This document shows positions 41,201 through 54,830 of a stretch of 64,000 bases of DNA, one piece after another. Numbering within the stretch: the first letter of the stretch is position 1; every line of letters begins with the position of its first letter. The notes under the pieces are model-generated. The model had not been told where the DNA came from. It ran no database searches and saw only the letters and a list, made by a program, of their open reading frames with translations. The translations under genes were made by a program, and so were the position numbers. This DNA is from Rhizophagus irregularis (taxonomy: Eukaryota). Location of the stretch: positions 1,612,001 through 1,676,000 of the forward strand of contig NC_089433.1 of the NCBI RefSeq assembly GCF_026210795.1, read 5' to 3'.

Positions 41201-44200
41201 TCAGATTCTTCTTTATCAGGCGCAGCTTATCTTGATTTAGCAAGTTCTTCAATCTTGCGATCCCCTCGGAGACGACCGTTAAAGGTTTCACCTGGGCTTG
41301 GCAAGAGTCCTACAATTGAAAAGTTAAAGAATATCCCAATTAATTTGAACGACAATAAGATGAATGATATGTCTCAAGAAAAATTGCAAAAAAGAGATTT
41401 TGAAAATCAAAATGACGCTTCGATAAATATTTCCTCAGGAAATAGTCGGACAGTTAATATAAATGAAGAAGAAACATTATCAAATATGCCGATAGAATCA
41501 CTAATTGCTATACTAGAAAAAAATAATGGTACTTCCCCACCATTATTTCCGAATACTTCTATTGAAGCAGCTTATGTTCATAAACGAATGACTCTTTTAC
41601 GTGAATTACAGAATCGTATAAGAGATAATCAGATTGTTCCTATTAAAATGATAGAAATTCCGCCTAACGTGGAAAGTCAGATAATAGTAGTCTTCACCCC
41701 AAAGAGACAATTAAGACCAACAATTCAAGGATCTCCCAAAAAATATGATGCTAAGATCTTCATTCGTCTTATCGATTTTGACAGAGAAATTCAACAGCCA
41801 CAATTTGATGTTTTGTTACGAGGTGATCAAAGTCAAATTCCTGTTAGAGAACTTATGGTTAATACGACTATGTGTAGTTCAATTATGTATTTAGGTCAAA
41901 AGAATATTAATTTTGGAAATATGGATAAAAACGAGCGAAGAAGTAAAAAAATCCCCATACAAAATCGAAGTGAAGTTCCCTTATTATATAACATCCGAAA
42001 ATCGGGATCATTTTCTTCAGATTGCATCGTGTTTTATACCGGGCGTATGGGAGTTGTTCGTGGGTATGGTAAAAAAGTAGTAGAATTCACATTTAATCCA
42101 AGTCTTCCCGGACAATTTCATGAAAAGTTAGTAATCGAGAATATCCAAGATCGAGATAATGATCAGGTGCTTTCGGTTAAGGCTAATATAAAGAAATCAC
42201 CCAATTTTTTTATCAATTCATTGAATATGAATTTTGGAGCTTGTTTCATTAATGAAAATGCATTGCAAGATCAGCACTTCACGATTACCAATATAAACAA
42301 ACTATCTCGTATTACGTTAGAGGTTCGCGTTGATCCACAAGATCTTAAATTTGAATGGTGCAGCGGTGAACTAAATTTTGCACTTCAGGAAGACAATGAT
42401 GGATCTTTAGTAAACAGTGGACTTCTTAGCGAAGAGGCGGAAGAAGAAATTGAAAACCTTGAACAGAAAGTAAAAATTGCAAGACGTAAAGGACAAGAAG
42501 AAAAGGTGAAAAAAATAGAGAAAAAGTTGGCAAGGTTACGACGAGGTGAACCAATAAAGGAAGATACTTCATTGGAAAATAATAACGAGGATGAAAGGTC
42601 AGATATTCTTAGTGATGGACAACAAACTCCAGTTCCTAAATACAAAAAAACACAAACATCAATCATATTTACTATGGAACCTCGTACATCAAAAACAATT
42701 TATATTTATTTTAAAGCTAACACGATAAACATTGATTCGCTCCAACTGGAGGAAGGAAAGATACTTCAAAGGCCCTCTCAAGAAACGATTACTAGTCAAA
42801 TTTTTGTTCATGAACATAGAAACACGGATGCAATGAAAACTGTCGTTTTTAAAGCTACAGTTTATTATGATCATTCTAGTTATACAAAAGCATTTTCAGA
42901 TGAGACATCTAATAATATTGAAAATAAGTCAGAATCAAGTTTAACAAGTTTTGCATCAATTAAAGAACTTTCTCCACATGTAGATTCAGTCGAACACGTG
43001 GAGACTTTATGTGAAACCGACCATTTGATTTTGGAACCAACGATATTAGATATAGGGAGACTCGAAGTCAATCAGAATCATAACTATTACTTTAAATTGT
43101 TAAATCGAAGCAATCGCCCGTTAAATTATGAAATTGTTGTTTCAGAAGAGGAAGAAGGATTTTTCCAGATTAGCCAAAAATATGGAACATTATCACCTCA
43201 AGAAACTCGTCGCATAGATTTTTCAGTTGTTGCCACAGTAGTTGGAAGACAATCTCACAAATTATTAGTACGAAATAGTTCGACAAAAGTGGAATGCATT
43301 TTCACTCTTCATGGATATGTACATTATTCCCAGTATTTACGATTTCCATCGCTTGGTGATGATGGGCAATCTGAATTAAATTTAGGTTATTGCTACGTTG
43401 ATCCTGGACGAAAATTTTCGCAAGTAGCACCTCTAACCGTAGAAAATATTTCCGATGATGATGTTTATATTACTGCTCAAAGTAATTTATCATTACAAGT
43501 ATCCGTTTTTCTTGACGAAGATGGAACATGTGGACAAGTATCCAAAACTCTATTAAAAAAGAAATCGAAGACCACTGTTTGGGTTGCTTTACATCCAAAT
43601 TTATTAAGTGTTGTTCCTACAGCAAGAAGAAATGCTAATACAGGAACAGCAGCTGGGAGTTCAGTAAGTGGAACAAACAATACAGACCGAAATGCGATTG
43701 CCAATGGTGAATGTCGCGAGTTAATTGGTGGTATTAAATTTTCCGTACAAGTAAAAGAAAGCACGTATTCATCATCTGCGCAAGAAACCAATGAGATGGA
43801 ATTAATAGAAGCCATTACCCAAACTGTCAAGTTCACTTCTTTAATAGGCCGATCTATATTATCGGTATCAGATAAGCTAATATCACTTGGGTCCACTGCG
43901 TCTATTGATGAGACATTCCATGGTTCTTTTACCATTCGTAACATGTCTAGTCGTTTACCACTAGATTACGAAGTCAAGTGTCCTAGCGGAAATATTATAT
44001 TAGATCGTACGTATGGAACTTTGGACGGGTGGGAATGTAAATTCAGTCAACGTGAAACTCTCAGTCAGAAAGTTGTTCCTGATGGTACTGATATTTTCCC
44101 ACGTGAGAGTGAGTCTGATGATAAATCAATTGCCTTAATTAATTTTAAATTCATCACATCAAAATATGGATTATTTAGAGATAAAATTATTGTTACCAAC

Positions 44201-47200
44201 AAAAATAATACGAGTCAGGTTGTTGAAGTAGAAGTTCGTCTATTCGTTGATAATAATACTCTCGGATTTTCGGCTACATCAACAATTGTTGAAAACATAA
44301 ATGATCCTAATAAATTGCCTTTACTTTCATGGGAAAATATCTCCACAACAGTCATTAAACCAGATCCAAAAGCGCAAAATTCTACCTTAGAATGTAGTGA
44401 AAACATATTGGATCTCAAAGCTGTTATTCAAAAAGGGTATCAAGCAACAGCGGTTCCGTTATATGAAGTTTGTATCGAGATATGTAATAAATCGTCAACT
44501 CAAATTAGCGTTAGACCATTAAGTGATTTAGATATTAAGATTAGATGGGGACCCTTTACAGGTACAAACATTATTGAAAGCTATGATAAAGAATCAAATG
44601 TAATCGATCTGTTTCATGAATGTGGACCTATAATTGAATTGAATTCTGGTTCCAAAGCACATCTTTATGTAAGTTGTCCTCAACCTAATTCTTTAACTAA
44701 TGAAGAACTAAAATTAATTGAAGATGGTAAAAAAGTGAACGTCCAAGGTGTGCTGCTCCTATATGACATCGTACAAGAGCTTACATTAAAATTGGTAAAT
44801 TTAAATGCCAATTTCTGTGTCCCAAAGGGCGAATTAAGCACGGCAATGATAAATCTTGGAAAGATAAGACACTCTAATTCTTCGATATTTCAATTCACTT
44901 TACGTAATTTATCTGAAATTCCTTTACATTATGAATTACAAAGTCCCGATTGTATTGAAATATTAGGGATAAATGATGATGGGTCAAAGGCGCAGAATAA
45001 AGGAGTTATTGCTTTGAAACGTACAGTAGAACCACTCGTTGATCAGATAATAACAGCAGTTCTGAAGCCTCGTAGAATTGAAAATTTTTCTGCTGGGGAA
45101 AGAACATTTTCCGTCAATGTTCTAAACATGTATAATCCTTACAATAAAATGACCTTGGATATACAAGCTACGCTCACTTTATTTGAACTTAAATTTGATC
45201 GCTTAATTCAGGGTGAACTTGTATTGCCTACTCTTTATCATCCTATTCCTCGATCTGATTTTCCTTACGACGCGTGGTTCACAATTCATAATATAAGCGA
45301 AAGGGATATTCGTTTCGAAATTGGAGTGGAACTCTCACCTTATATTTCTAATTTTATCAAAATTGACGTACTCTCGAGGTTTTCGAATTCACCATTAGTT
45401 GGAAGTGTTTCTATTAGCGCTCACGGTTCAATTGAAGTTAGAGTTTGTGCATTTCCAATTGAAACCAGCCGTTTACCTCAAGAATCTTCATACATAAACT
45501 CTGATGGTTTTACCTTTGGAAAGCTTTGTGTAGCCACAAAACAAAATAATGAAGATGATACAGTGGCTGAGATTATACCGATACGTGGTTTTATTAAAGA
45601 ATCTCCCACCTTTTCTGTTTCAACTAAGAAGATACGTTTTAAGACGGAATTATATTCTTCCGATAGTGAAATTACTAACGATGATATTAGTAAATATCCG
45701 CTTATTCAAAGAAATAAAATACATGCTCCGAATAAAACTGAAGAGATAAAACCACCTGATGATTCTGAAGATATCTTGCCACAGAGAGAATATTTAATAA
45801 TAACAAATTTATCAAAAAAAATTTCATTGTCTTTTAAAGTAATAATAGAGGGACCAATGGAACTTTCAGCTAAAGAGGTTATCGATGTTTCCCCATTAGA
45901 AGGAACTATTGAACCTGGGAAAACGTTCAGTTTAAAAATTGAACTCGTAGATTCTACGATAGCAGTTTCGGAAGACATTAAGATTCGTATTAGAGATATT
46001 AATTCTTTATCTAACGATCACGACAAGATTGTTCTTGTCGGTATTGAATCTGTTACTCGCGAATCTCGTAAAAAAACCAGAATTGAAGAAATTCCTGATT
46101 CAGTGTCCGAAGAAGCTGCGGAACCTCGTTTTCACTTATTTAAATCTACTCAAATGGGACACTTGTCAGGTTCACAAGAAAAACCTTATTCTTATCAAGA
46201 TATTTCCCCCGATTTTCCTTTCATAACTTTACGTGGATGCAAAAGAATTGGTGAAGCCACAGATGTTGGTGGTCGTTATGAGCTTGATTTAGGACAACAA
46301 GATATTGGTTTGACTTCTATAGTAAAGAAACTGACTCTTGAAAATACCACATCAAAACGTATCTCATATGAAATTAAAACTGTTTCAGCTATTGATAAGA
46401 GCTGGCTAAATATAAGTCGAACTGAAGGTACTTTAGAAGCATTAGCTGATGAACATCATCGTCAATATACTGATGTTCATGCGATAACTTTAAGTTTTTC
46501 AACGAGTACTCGTAACGTTTATTCGACATATCTAATTATTAAAAATTTGGATAATCCTTCAGACATCAAGACTATCAGAGTTATGATGGAGGCATGTATT
46601 AAATAAAGTTTTTTTTAGATAGAATTATAGATTTTATCGATAATTAACTTTAACGCTCTTTAGGTTGTTGCTAGACAAAATTTAAAAAGAGGCACAAATA
46701 TTTCATTAACTAACAATCATGTTTTTGATATTTACGTAAATGGCGTGGACAATAACCAAAAATGTGTAGAAATGTCTAATTTATTTTATGGTTCTGAATA
46801 TACTGCCCGTAGCATGGTTATATATAATAGGGAAACTGTACCCTTAGAATTTACGGTAGGCAATATTTTGGTATCTTTGAAGGTTTTGTCATTTTATTGA
46901 AGTACTCAAGAAATTATTGTTCTTTCAGTTTCAAACAAATATTGATCATGATGATCCAACAGAAATACTATTTTCTACTTCAAGAATGTCGGCTAAATTA
47001 TTTAAAACACTTACCATTGAACCAGAAAGCAATGTTCGAGTTTATATACGATCAAGACCTCTACCTTCCCGAGAAATACAAAAGCTTCTTGATAGTGGTA
47101 ATCAAAGAGATCCGGATTTAGTAGAAACGAAAATTATTGAAATCTATGTGAACTGTAGGCTTGTCAAAGATTATCAGCAGACTGTAATACTTAAAGCAGA

Positions 47201-48466
47201 ATGCAGGATGCCATCTTTACAGGTTAATTATAATGAAATGGAAGCTTTAATGGGTATGTTATCTGTATTTGATATTTAATATTTTGATTTATAATTTACG
47301 TGGTTTTATCGAATTCTATCAGGCAAAATATGTCGTAATAAGGATGATGATGAATGGAATTTCCAGTTTAATCCAGAATTTCGCGAAATAAGGATCAATA
47401 ATTTACTCGATAAACCTTTAGAATATGAAATTGTTAATGACACAATGTATTTCAATTTGGAATTTTCCAGTGATGTCAAAGAAATAGCTCCCAAAGCGTT
47501 TCATAATATTTTGGTACGACCTAATTTAAAATCTTTGACTAAGCACGCTGAAAGCGTTCGAAGAGTAAGTTTCATTTTAATCGTATACTAAGGAAGATTC
47601 AATATTTATCCTGTATAATTACTTTATTAATTTTATTTATAGGAAAAATATATACAAGAAATTGTAACAGTATATAATAGGAACCGTCCTTCTGAAAATT
47701 ATTGGATTTCTTTAAGAATGAGTTTTGGTTATATCTCAAAATTTCAGGTACAGTTACGTGATTTGAAGCAATATTTGATTATCAAAAACTAATTCGAGTT
47801 TGTTTTTAGTTTGCGTCTGGTTATAAATCATCATATACCTACAGCGTACTCGAAAATCATACTGTTCGCTTCCTAAGTAATTTTAACAGTAATGCACAAC
47901 TCTTTGATTTAGTTGAGGATAATGAAGTAATATTATATACTTGCATTTATTGAAGTCGCTTTTTTCTTGCAAGCTTTAAATTAATTTTTATCTAAATTAG
48001 GACAAAAAGAAAATAACTGATCTTGAGATTCAATATTTATACATCGTCGATCAACTAGTATATTATGCAACGATCAAAAGTGGTGAAAATTGGTTCCAAT
48101 TAGCTAGTTTACTATTTGGGTAAATAATTTCTTCTTAATATCATTTTCATGATATTTATACCTAACATTATGTATTCTTTTTTGATCACTTTAAGAACTG
48201 TTTTAGAGAACAAAATATTTCAAAAATATCGACCATCTTATCTTAAACATTCTGATCTGACAAAGAACGAAGAAAGAGTATGGTCACCTATATTAGCAAA
48301 ATGGGTATGTATAAAGGCATTTTAAAATAAATAAGATAAATTTCAATATTAACCTTTTTCTTTAATATAGGTTTCTCCTTTGAATTATTTTATTTCATTT
48401 TTCCCTTATAGAAACCCTATACTCGAAAATCTTAGAGAACTTCATAAAAACTTAATCATTTCTTAA
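38293..48466 (+). CDS. Giant (~3165 aa) protein with many tandem Ig-like ASH/PapD-type domains (Hydin/CFAP47-like architecture)
   Basis: Ten exons join in frame: 38293-39124, 39231-46591, 46664-46855, 46929-47253, 47323-47564, 47643-47747, 47810-47926, 48001-48119, 48196-48304, 48371-48466. At least 11 repeats of a [ILV][DN][FL]G-x~10-15-[IL]xNxS pattern. Confidence 0.85.
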
Positions 48467-48680
48467 TCTCAATGATTAGATTTTAAACCCAATTTTTGTA
48501 ATTAAAGTATAAAAATGTTTAAAATATATTTATGTCATATGATGACGTACTGATGACGCTAAATCATATTAACAAATGTGATCGAAAATTAGTTACAATA
48601 CGAATTCATTTTAATTTCTTTAATGATATAATGTAACGTTTCTGTATTGTAAACAAAAAGTTTAGGGAAAATATAATAAA

Positions 48681-50114
48681 ATGGTTAAAAGAAACCAACC
48701 CAAAGTTTATGATCCTTACGTGTACCATAAACCGCATAGTATTAGGTGGAAAGGATCGGTTTTGCCTAGAGTACTTCCATCTACTTTGGTGGTTACAATA
48801 GTAGCAGTTATTGTAACAGTACTTTATGAAAAAACCGACGTCAAGTTAGGTATAGATTCAACATTTATTCCAATACTTGGGTTCGTCGTAGGTCTTTTGC
48901 TTACTTATAGAACAAATACTGCATATGACAGGTAATGCAACTATTTATTCGTGTGAAAAATCAATTGTTTACAATTGAAAAAGTTCGTTTGTTCTTTTTT
49001 AGATACTGGGAAGGAAGAAGATTTTGGTCAGTTTTGGTCGTAGCTATAAGAAATCTTACAAGAACTATTTGGATAAACGTTAAAGAAGACGAAGGCACAA
49101 AAGATATCTTAGAAAAGAAAACAGCAATAAATTTATTATTGGGATTTGCTGTAGCCACAAAGCATTATCTTCGAGAAGAAGAAGGAAGTAATCATGAGGA
49201 TTTAAAATATCTTATATCAAATATAAAGAGTAGTTTACCAGGATTTGCACCTATTGAAGATCAAGATTTAACAGAGAATAAAATTAGAGAAAATTTAAAG
49301 TTAGGAAGACAATCAAGCTTAAAGATGTTTAAACCAAAAGTTAAACCACATCAAAGACGGAAAGGTACCCCGATACCTGTGAGCCATAATTTACCTTTAG
49401 AAATAACACTTTATCTTTCTTCATATATTGATACTCTAGCACAAAAAAAAAAAACTGATGTTCCAACTACAAATTCTATGTATGCTGCATTAAATACCAT
49501 GGTAGATTGTTTGACTCAATTTGAAAGAATTTTAAGAAGTCCTATTCCATTGGCTTATTCTATTCATTTGAAACAAACTGTTTGGATATATTGCCTTAGT
49601 CTGCCTTTTCAATTAATTAAAAACCTTCATTATATTACTATTCCTGTTGTTTTTCTGGCGTCTATGATTTTGATGGGCATCGAGCTGTAAGTTAAACCCT
49701 TTATCTTCAATTTTTCATCATATTAATAATTTATTTAATTTAATTTTTTTTTTTAAAAAAAAAAAAAAAAGAATCGGTGGTGAAATTGAGAATCCTTTCG
49801 GTTATGACGAAAACGATTTGGAACTAGACTCTTTCTGTTTGTAAGTGTAAAAAGTTTAAGAAAATGATAATTTTCCTTTAACTAAATTTCTTATTTGTAG
49901 TTTGATTAAACGTGAATTGGATAAAATCACTTCCAATCCACGTCCAACCGTGGAATCTTGGGTATATAATCAAAATAATTACCCATTTGGAGATGATGTT
50001 ACGGGAACTGAAGCTCGCAAACTTTCAATAGACGATGTTCGCTCTAAACTTTCCAGTTCATCATCTAATAATGATGGCAATAAATCATCCTTGGATATTT
50101 CTGTTCAACAATAA
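48681..50114 (+). CDS. Bestrophin-like (UPF0187/YneE) anion channel
   Basis: GLLLTYRTNTAYDRYWEGR, FERILRSPIPLAYSIHL, GIELIGGEIENPFGYDENDL. Four exons. Confidence 0.93.
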
Positions 50115-50309
50115 ATCTTATTCAGAAATAGAACTATAATTAATTTGTGTACTATTATTTAGTAAAATTTATTTAAACATTGATTAAAAAAATTAAATTT
50201 CACCAAGATTAAAATGATTGAATATTACATATTATAAACAATTTATCAATTTATTTAAAATGTAAAACACAATTCTTGCCATTAATTTAATTTTAATGAA
50301 ACGACTATA

Positions 50310-51942
50310 CTATTTTTCAGCATCTTTTTTGAGAGTACCAAGGTAAGCGTGTTTTTCTTCTGGAGTTTGGAAACGCCCATGTCCAAATTTGGAACTCGTA
50401 TCGATAAACTTGAAAGAAGAACCATTGTTAATAGATTTAATATGCAAAAAAAAGCAATAATAAGATTAGTACCTTAAGTGAAACTTTCTCCAAAGCGGAA
50501 CGTTTTGTATGGGTGATTAAAGTTTTTCTTAAAGTAAGAACACGCTTCTTAACTCCAACACATGAGCCCTTGATCATAACGCTGCACAGGAAAAGTAAAA
50601 AAGAAATTAACGAATTGTAACTTTTTTATCTATTTAAGAAATAAATTATTACTTACAAGTCTTCATTAACAATACCGTAATGCGGAAAACCACCCAATGG
50701 TGTGATTTTTTTCTTAGTATTGTCGTATTCAGTTGATGCATTATTGTCTTCACTCTGTTTACCAATACGATAAATTTTTTTGTTGACTTCCGTTCGGTGA
50801 TGATATCCATTTTGACCAGCACGTGGAACAGAATACATTACTCTTAATGTATTATTAATTTTTTAGAATGTGCGGGTTTGTAAAAAAAATATAAAAAGAG
50901 AGATGCTAATAATGTTATTTACCTTGAGGGATGCCATGCACCTAAAGAATATTGACTTGGAAAATTAGTGATCACGAGATAACTATTTTCCTTGAGAAGA
51001 AGAATATAAAATACTTACCAATACAAGCAACTTTACGTAAACCTTTATGGGTTTTACGCGGAAGTTTCTTCGTTCCCCAACGATGAGTGACCCCTTCAAA
51101 ACCTTTACCCTTGGTGACACCAATAATATCAATAACTTCATCTTGTTCAAATACTGAAGAAATTTCCACATCTTTTTCAAAATGACTTCTAGCCCAGTCA
51201 ACTTTATCTTTAATAGTGCCACCATTTAATTGAATTTCCATCAGATGAGCTTTCTTTTGTCGAATTTTAATTTTACGAATTTGTGTATGAACTAATACTC
51301 TTACAACTTGACAATACTTTTTAATTCTTTCCAATTCTGTATCGATTTCTTTATTTTGTTCAGAATATTTTTTAGCATACTTTGTAAATGCTTTCTTTTT
51401 TGATTTATACCAGTTCTTATAAAATCTTCTTTTGACTTCATCACTCAAGTGTTCTGCCCATACTGTGGTCAAGGTACGTAATCCTCTTGGTGTTTCAACG
51501 TATCCGACTACACCTACAATCTTCAAAGGTGGTGTTTCAATGATGGTGACAGCTTCAACTATCTCCTTCTTATGCATCTCTATTTTAAATTAAAATAATT
51601 TAAACGCTTGTTTAGATTACATCAGTCAAAGATTAAAAATATCATTCAATTACTTACTTGAGTTAGGACGATCCAAATCACGAACAATATGGGTCATACC
51701 CGCCTTATAGCCCATAAAAGCGGTCAGATGAACAGGTTTACTTGGATCATCTTTTGGAAAAGACTTGACTTTACCTCGGTGTCTTCTTGCTCGTTTACGC
51801 GGAAGAAATCCCAAAGAGCCATGACGGGGAGCCTCAAATTTTCTATGAGACTTTATATTATTCCAACAAATAATTCATTATTAATGAGATATAAAATTTA
51901 ATGGATGGATTATTTAATTTTTAAATAAATCATACATACCAT
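50310..51942 (-). CDS. RPL3: 60S ribosomal protein L3 (uL3)
   Basis: [61 protein letters not shown]-only first exon and a 19-nt microexon (50923-50941). Confidence 0.98.
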
Positions 51943-52122
51943 GTTGCTCTTTATTTTATGGTATTGGGAAGAGAGGAAGATCGAGGTTTGAAAAATTTGC
52001 TTTAAAAAAAATTTTTGAAAGTCGCACGAAAATCACTGGATCCAGATCTGTTAGGTAACAGCCATAATTTTTATAATCTACAATTTTGAATATAGGTACT
52101 GATTGAAAATATATTTTTTACC

Positions 52123-53229
52123 ATGAACCCTGAAGTATATCCGATCGAACTGGTAAATATATATATAAGTCTTTTTAAATTTATTCATTTCACATAATAA
52201 ATAAAACACATTTTTTCTAAGACAGTAGATCGAACGGCTGTCGCAGATATTCTACGTGGTAAATATTATATTATTTTAAACAATATTTATCATATTTATA
52301 CTAAAATTTCTTTGTTTATAAAGGAATATTACATACTATACTGTTTTATCGTGTATTTGGAAATATTAAACCGAAAGAAGTGGATGTATTAGATATCACA
52401 TATGTAAGTCACTCACCATAATTTCGTTTTACAGGTCATTACTGACGATAAGTAACATTGATTTCTAACGTTTTTATTTAGTCTGCCATAGATGACCCAG
52501 AAATTGAAAAAAAAGTTGATGATAATGTAGATCAATTTATGCGTATCTTAGAAACCCAAGGAAATCAAAAAGGACAAGTTAAATATCTCGTTCTTCTAGT
52601 TCAAAGTTGCCTTACAATATCTTTTTATCTTATTCTTCAAATAATTTAATATCTCGTAGATTGCTGTAATGTTTCATGAAAAAAGAACAAAAAAAGCTTG
52701 GTTTTCTAAATCAGAAGAAGAAATATGTTGGGAACAATGGGCTGTTACCATAAACACTGTTATATGTCGAACTGATGGCGGTAATTACTTATATTTGATT
52801 GTTACCCTCATCTTTAAACTCTAATGTGTTGTCTTTATCCTTAATTTATTTTATTTTGTTAAAATTAACCTATTTACTTTTTACATGTTTTTCGATTTTC
52901 TTCAATACAACAATTATTTAATTTCTGAATATTGATTCATTTAGAAACATTAAGAATTCGAAAAGAAATGAGCGCTCAATTAACAACATGTTTTTTAAAC
53001 ATTATACGTTTCATTAATGATAAAAAAGATCATATACCTCCTATCACAACTTTAGAGGCTAATCCGTTTCCCTTTCAAGTATGTACATATAATACCATTA
53101 TTTAAATTTTTAAATTACATTTATCAATTCGTTAAATATTTTTTATAATAGATTGTTATTCCTTCTACAACAGATACTTGGGGTACAATGTTAAAAAGAA
53201 TGTTAGCAGATCCATCACAACAAATTTAA
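52123..53229 (+). CDS. ATG101: Autophagy-related protein 101 (HORMA domain)
   Basis: Not in the ORF track. Seven short exons give ILHTILFYRVFGNIKP, KKAWF (WF finger), EEICWEQW and KKDHIPPIT...PFPFQI. Confidence 0.92.
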
Positions 53230-53995
53230 TTAATAACATTAAAAGAACCATAATTTATTAATAGTAATCTTGAAATATTAAATATTATTTATTTATTTAT
53301 TAAAAAAAATAAAATAAATCAATAGAAACAGGCAAGAAAGTAAAAAATTATACATTAATTCTCAAAAATTAATGCTATATTAAAATTTAATAGTGTTAAA
53401 AATGTTTTGACTTTTAATTCACAAAATTAGCATTTATGAGATTTGGAGTATTATAACTATTGAACAAAATAAAAAACATTTTATAGTAATTTAAGGCAAA
53501 CTTGGCATAGTGTTATAGTAATATTGTAATATTCAATTACAAAATTTTCTGAAACCCCCACTTCTACTGTGCAATAGAAATGTTCAGGCAATACCAGTAT
53601 AAAAGTATGCCAAACAAACCAAAAAAAATAAAATAACAAAAAAAGCAACAAATGAAAATAAAAGGGTACAGTTAGTAATGAAACTTTTTACCAACAACTA
53701 CACTTCTAAAACTCAGACAATCTGAACATTCTGTCAAAATCATCAAGATACTTAGCATTAATCTAATTTCAGTTAAAACCATAAGTTTGTCAATACCATC
53801 CAAGATCTTGTTAACTGATTCATATTAAAATTCTTTTGCAAATATGCAAATATATAAATTCATAATCTTATTTTACCTTTTGATGGCAGTTCAAGTACCT
53901 TTTTCAATTATCAGTAAATTAGTTAAAGCTGAATGCCATACTTATAACTTTATCCAAATTAGCCTACAATTTATAGTACATAATCAACTTGCAGG

Positions 53996-54830
53996 TAAGG
54001 TTACTGGAGAAACTAAAGGGTTTTGGCAAGTTGGTAAAATGCCAAAATAGCGAAACTTTACCAAATTTATATAAAAGTCTTACTAAAAAGCTAGCAAAAA
54101 CTCTGGAGAAAAGTGAAACCTAATTAAACTTATTATAAATACCAAAATTGCCAAAACTTTGCCAAAATTATAATAAAACTATAGTAAAATTTTGGAGAAA
54201 CTAATTATGATTTTGGAGAAGTTTAGGCAAGTAACCTTTATAAATTAAAATTAGTCAAAGTTAGAATTAGAAATTAACATAGGATTAGGATTAAGATAAA
54301 GAAAGTTAACTAAGTATATATAATTCATTTATGCAATTATTTTCTTTTTTTAAAGACTTAAAAATAAGTACATGTAAATATTTTATAGCTAAAGTATAGA
54401 ATTAAACCATATGTATTTTTATTCAAAGATATTCACAATCATATACTCCATTAAGATACAGTTCATTTTACCTTAAAAGAACATTTATTAAAGAAAAAAA
54501 GATATGGAAAAATTTATGGATTAGCACATTATGTAATACAATTAGCAGTTGATAATGATAATTAAGAGCTAACTTAATAGATAAAACAAGTTGCCTGCCT
54601 AAACCTCTCCAAAATTCTACGATTAGTTTCTCCAAGATTTTACTATAGTTTTATTATAGTTTCAGCAAGGTTTTGGCAGTTTTGGCATTTATAATAAGTT
54701 TCGTCAGGTTTCGCTTTTCTCCAGAGTTTTGCCAACTTTTTAATAAGACTTTCATATAGTTTTGGCAAAGTTTCACTATTTCAGCATTTCACCAACTTGC
54801 CAAAACCCCCTAGTTTCTCCAGCAACCTTA
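53996..54830. mobile_element. Non-autonomous foldback/MITE-like element: ~240-bp inverted arms around a ~350-bp spacer
   Basis: 53996-54238 (TAAGGTTACTGGAGAAACTA...) is the diverged reverse complement of 54588-54830 (...TAGTTTCTCCAGCAACCTTA). TA at both outer ends. Confidence 0.8.

Noticed and set aside
40408..46226. Several antisense and alternate-frame ORFs inside the giant exon
   Set aside because: Shadow ORFs of a long coding exon with no recognisable motifs.
51578..51939. Possible intronic snoRNAs in RPL3
   Set aside because: The introns are short and I found no properly spaced C/D or H/ACA boxes.
53500..53990. Possible decayed coding relic next to the inverted repeat, and the 68-aa ORF at 53844
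   Set aside because: Too degenerate to assign, and the ORF runs into the repeat arm.
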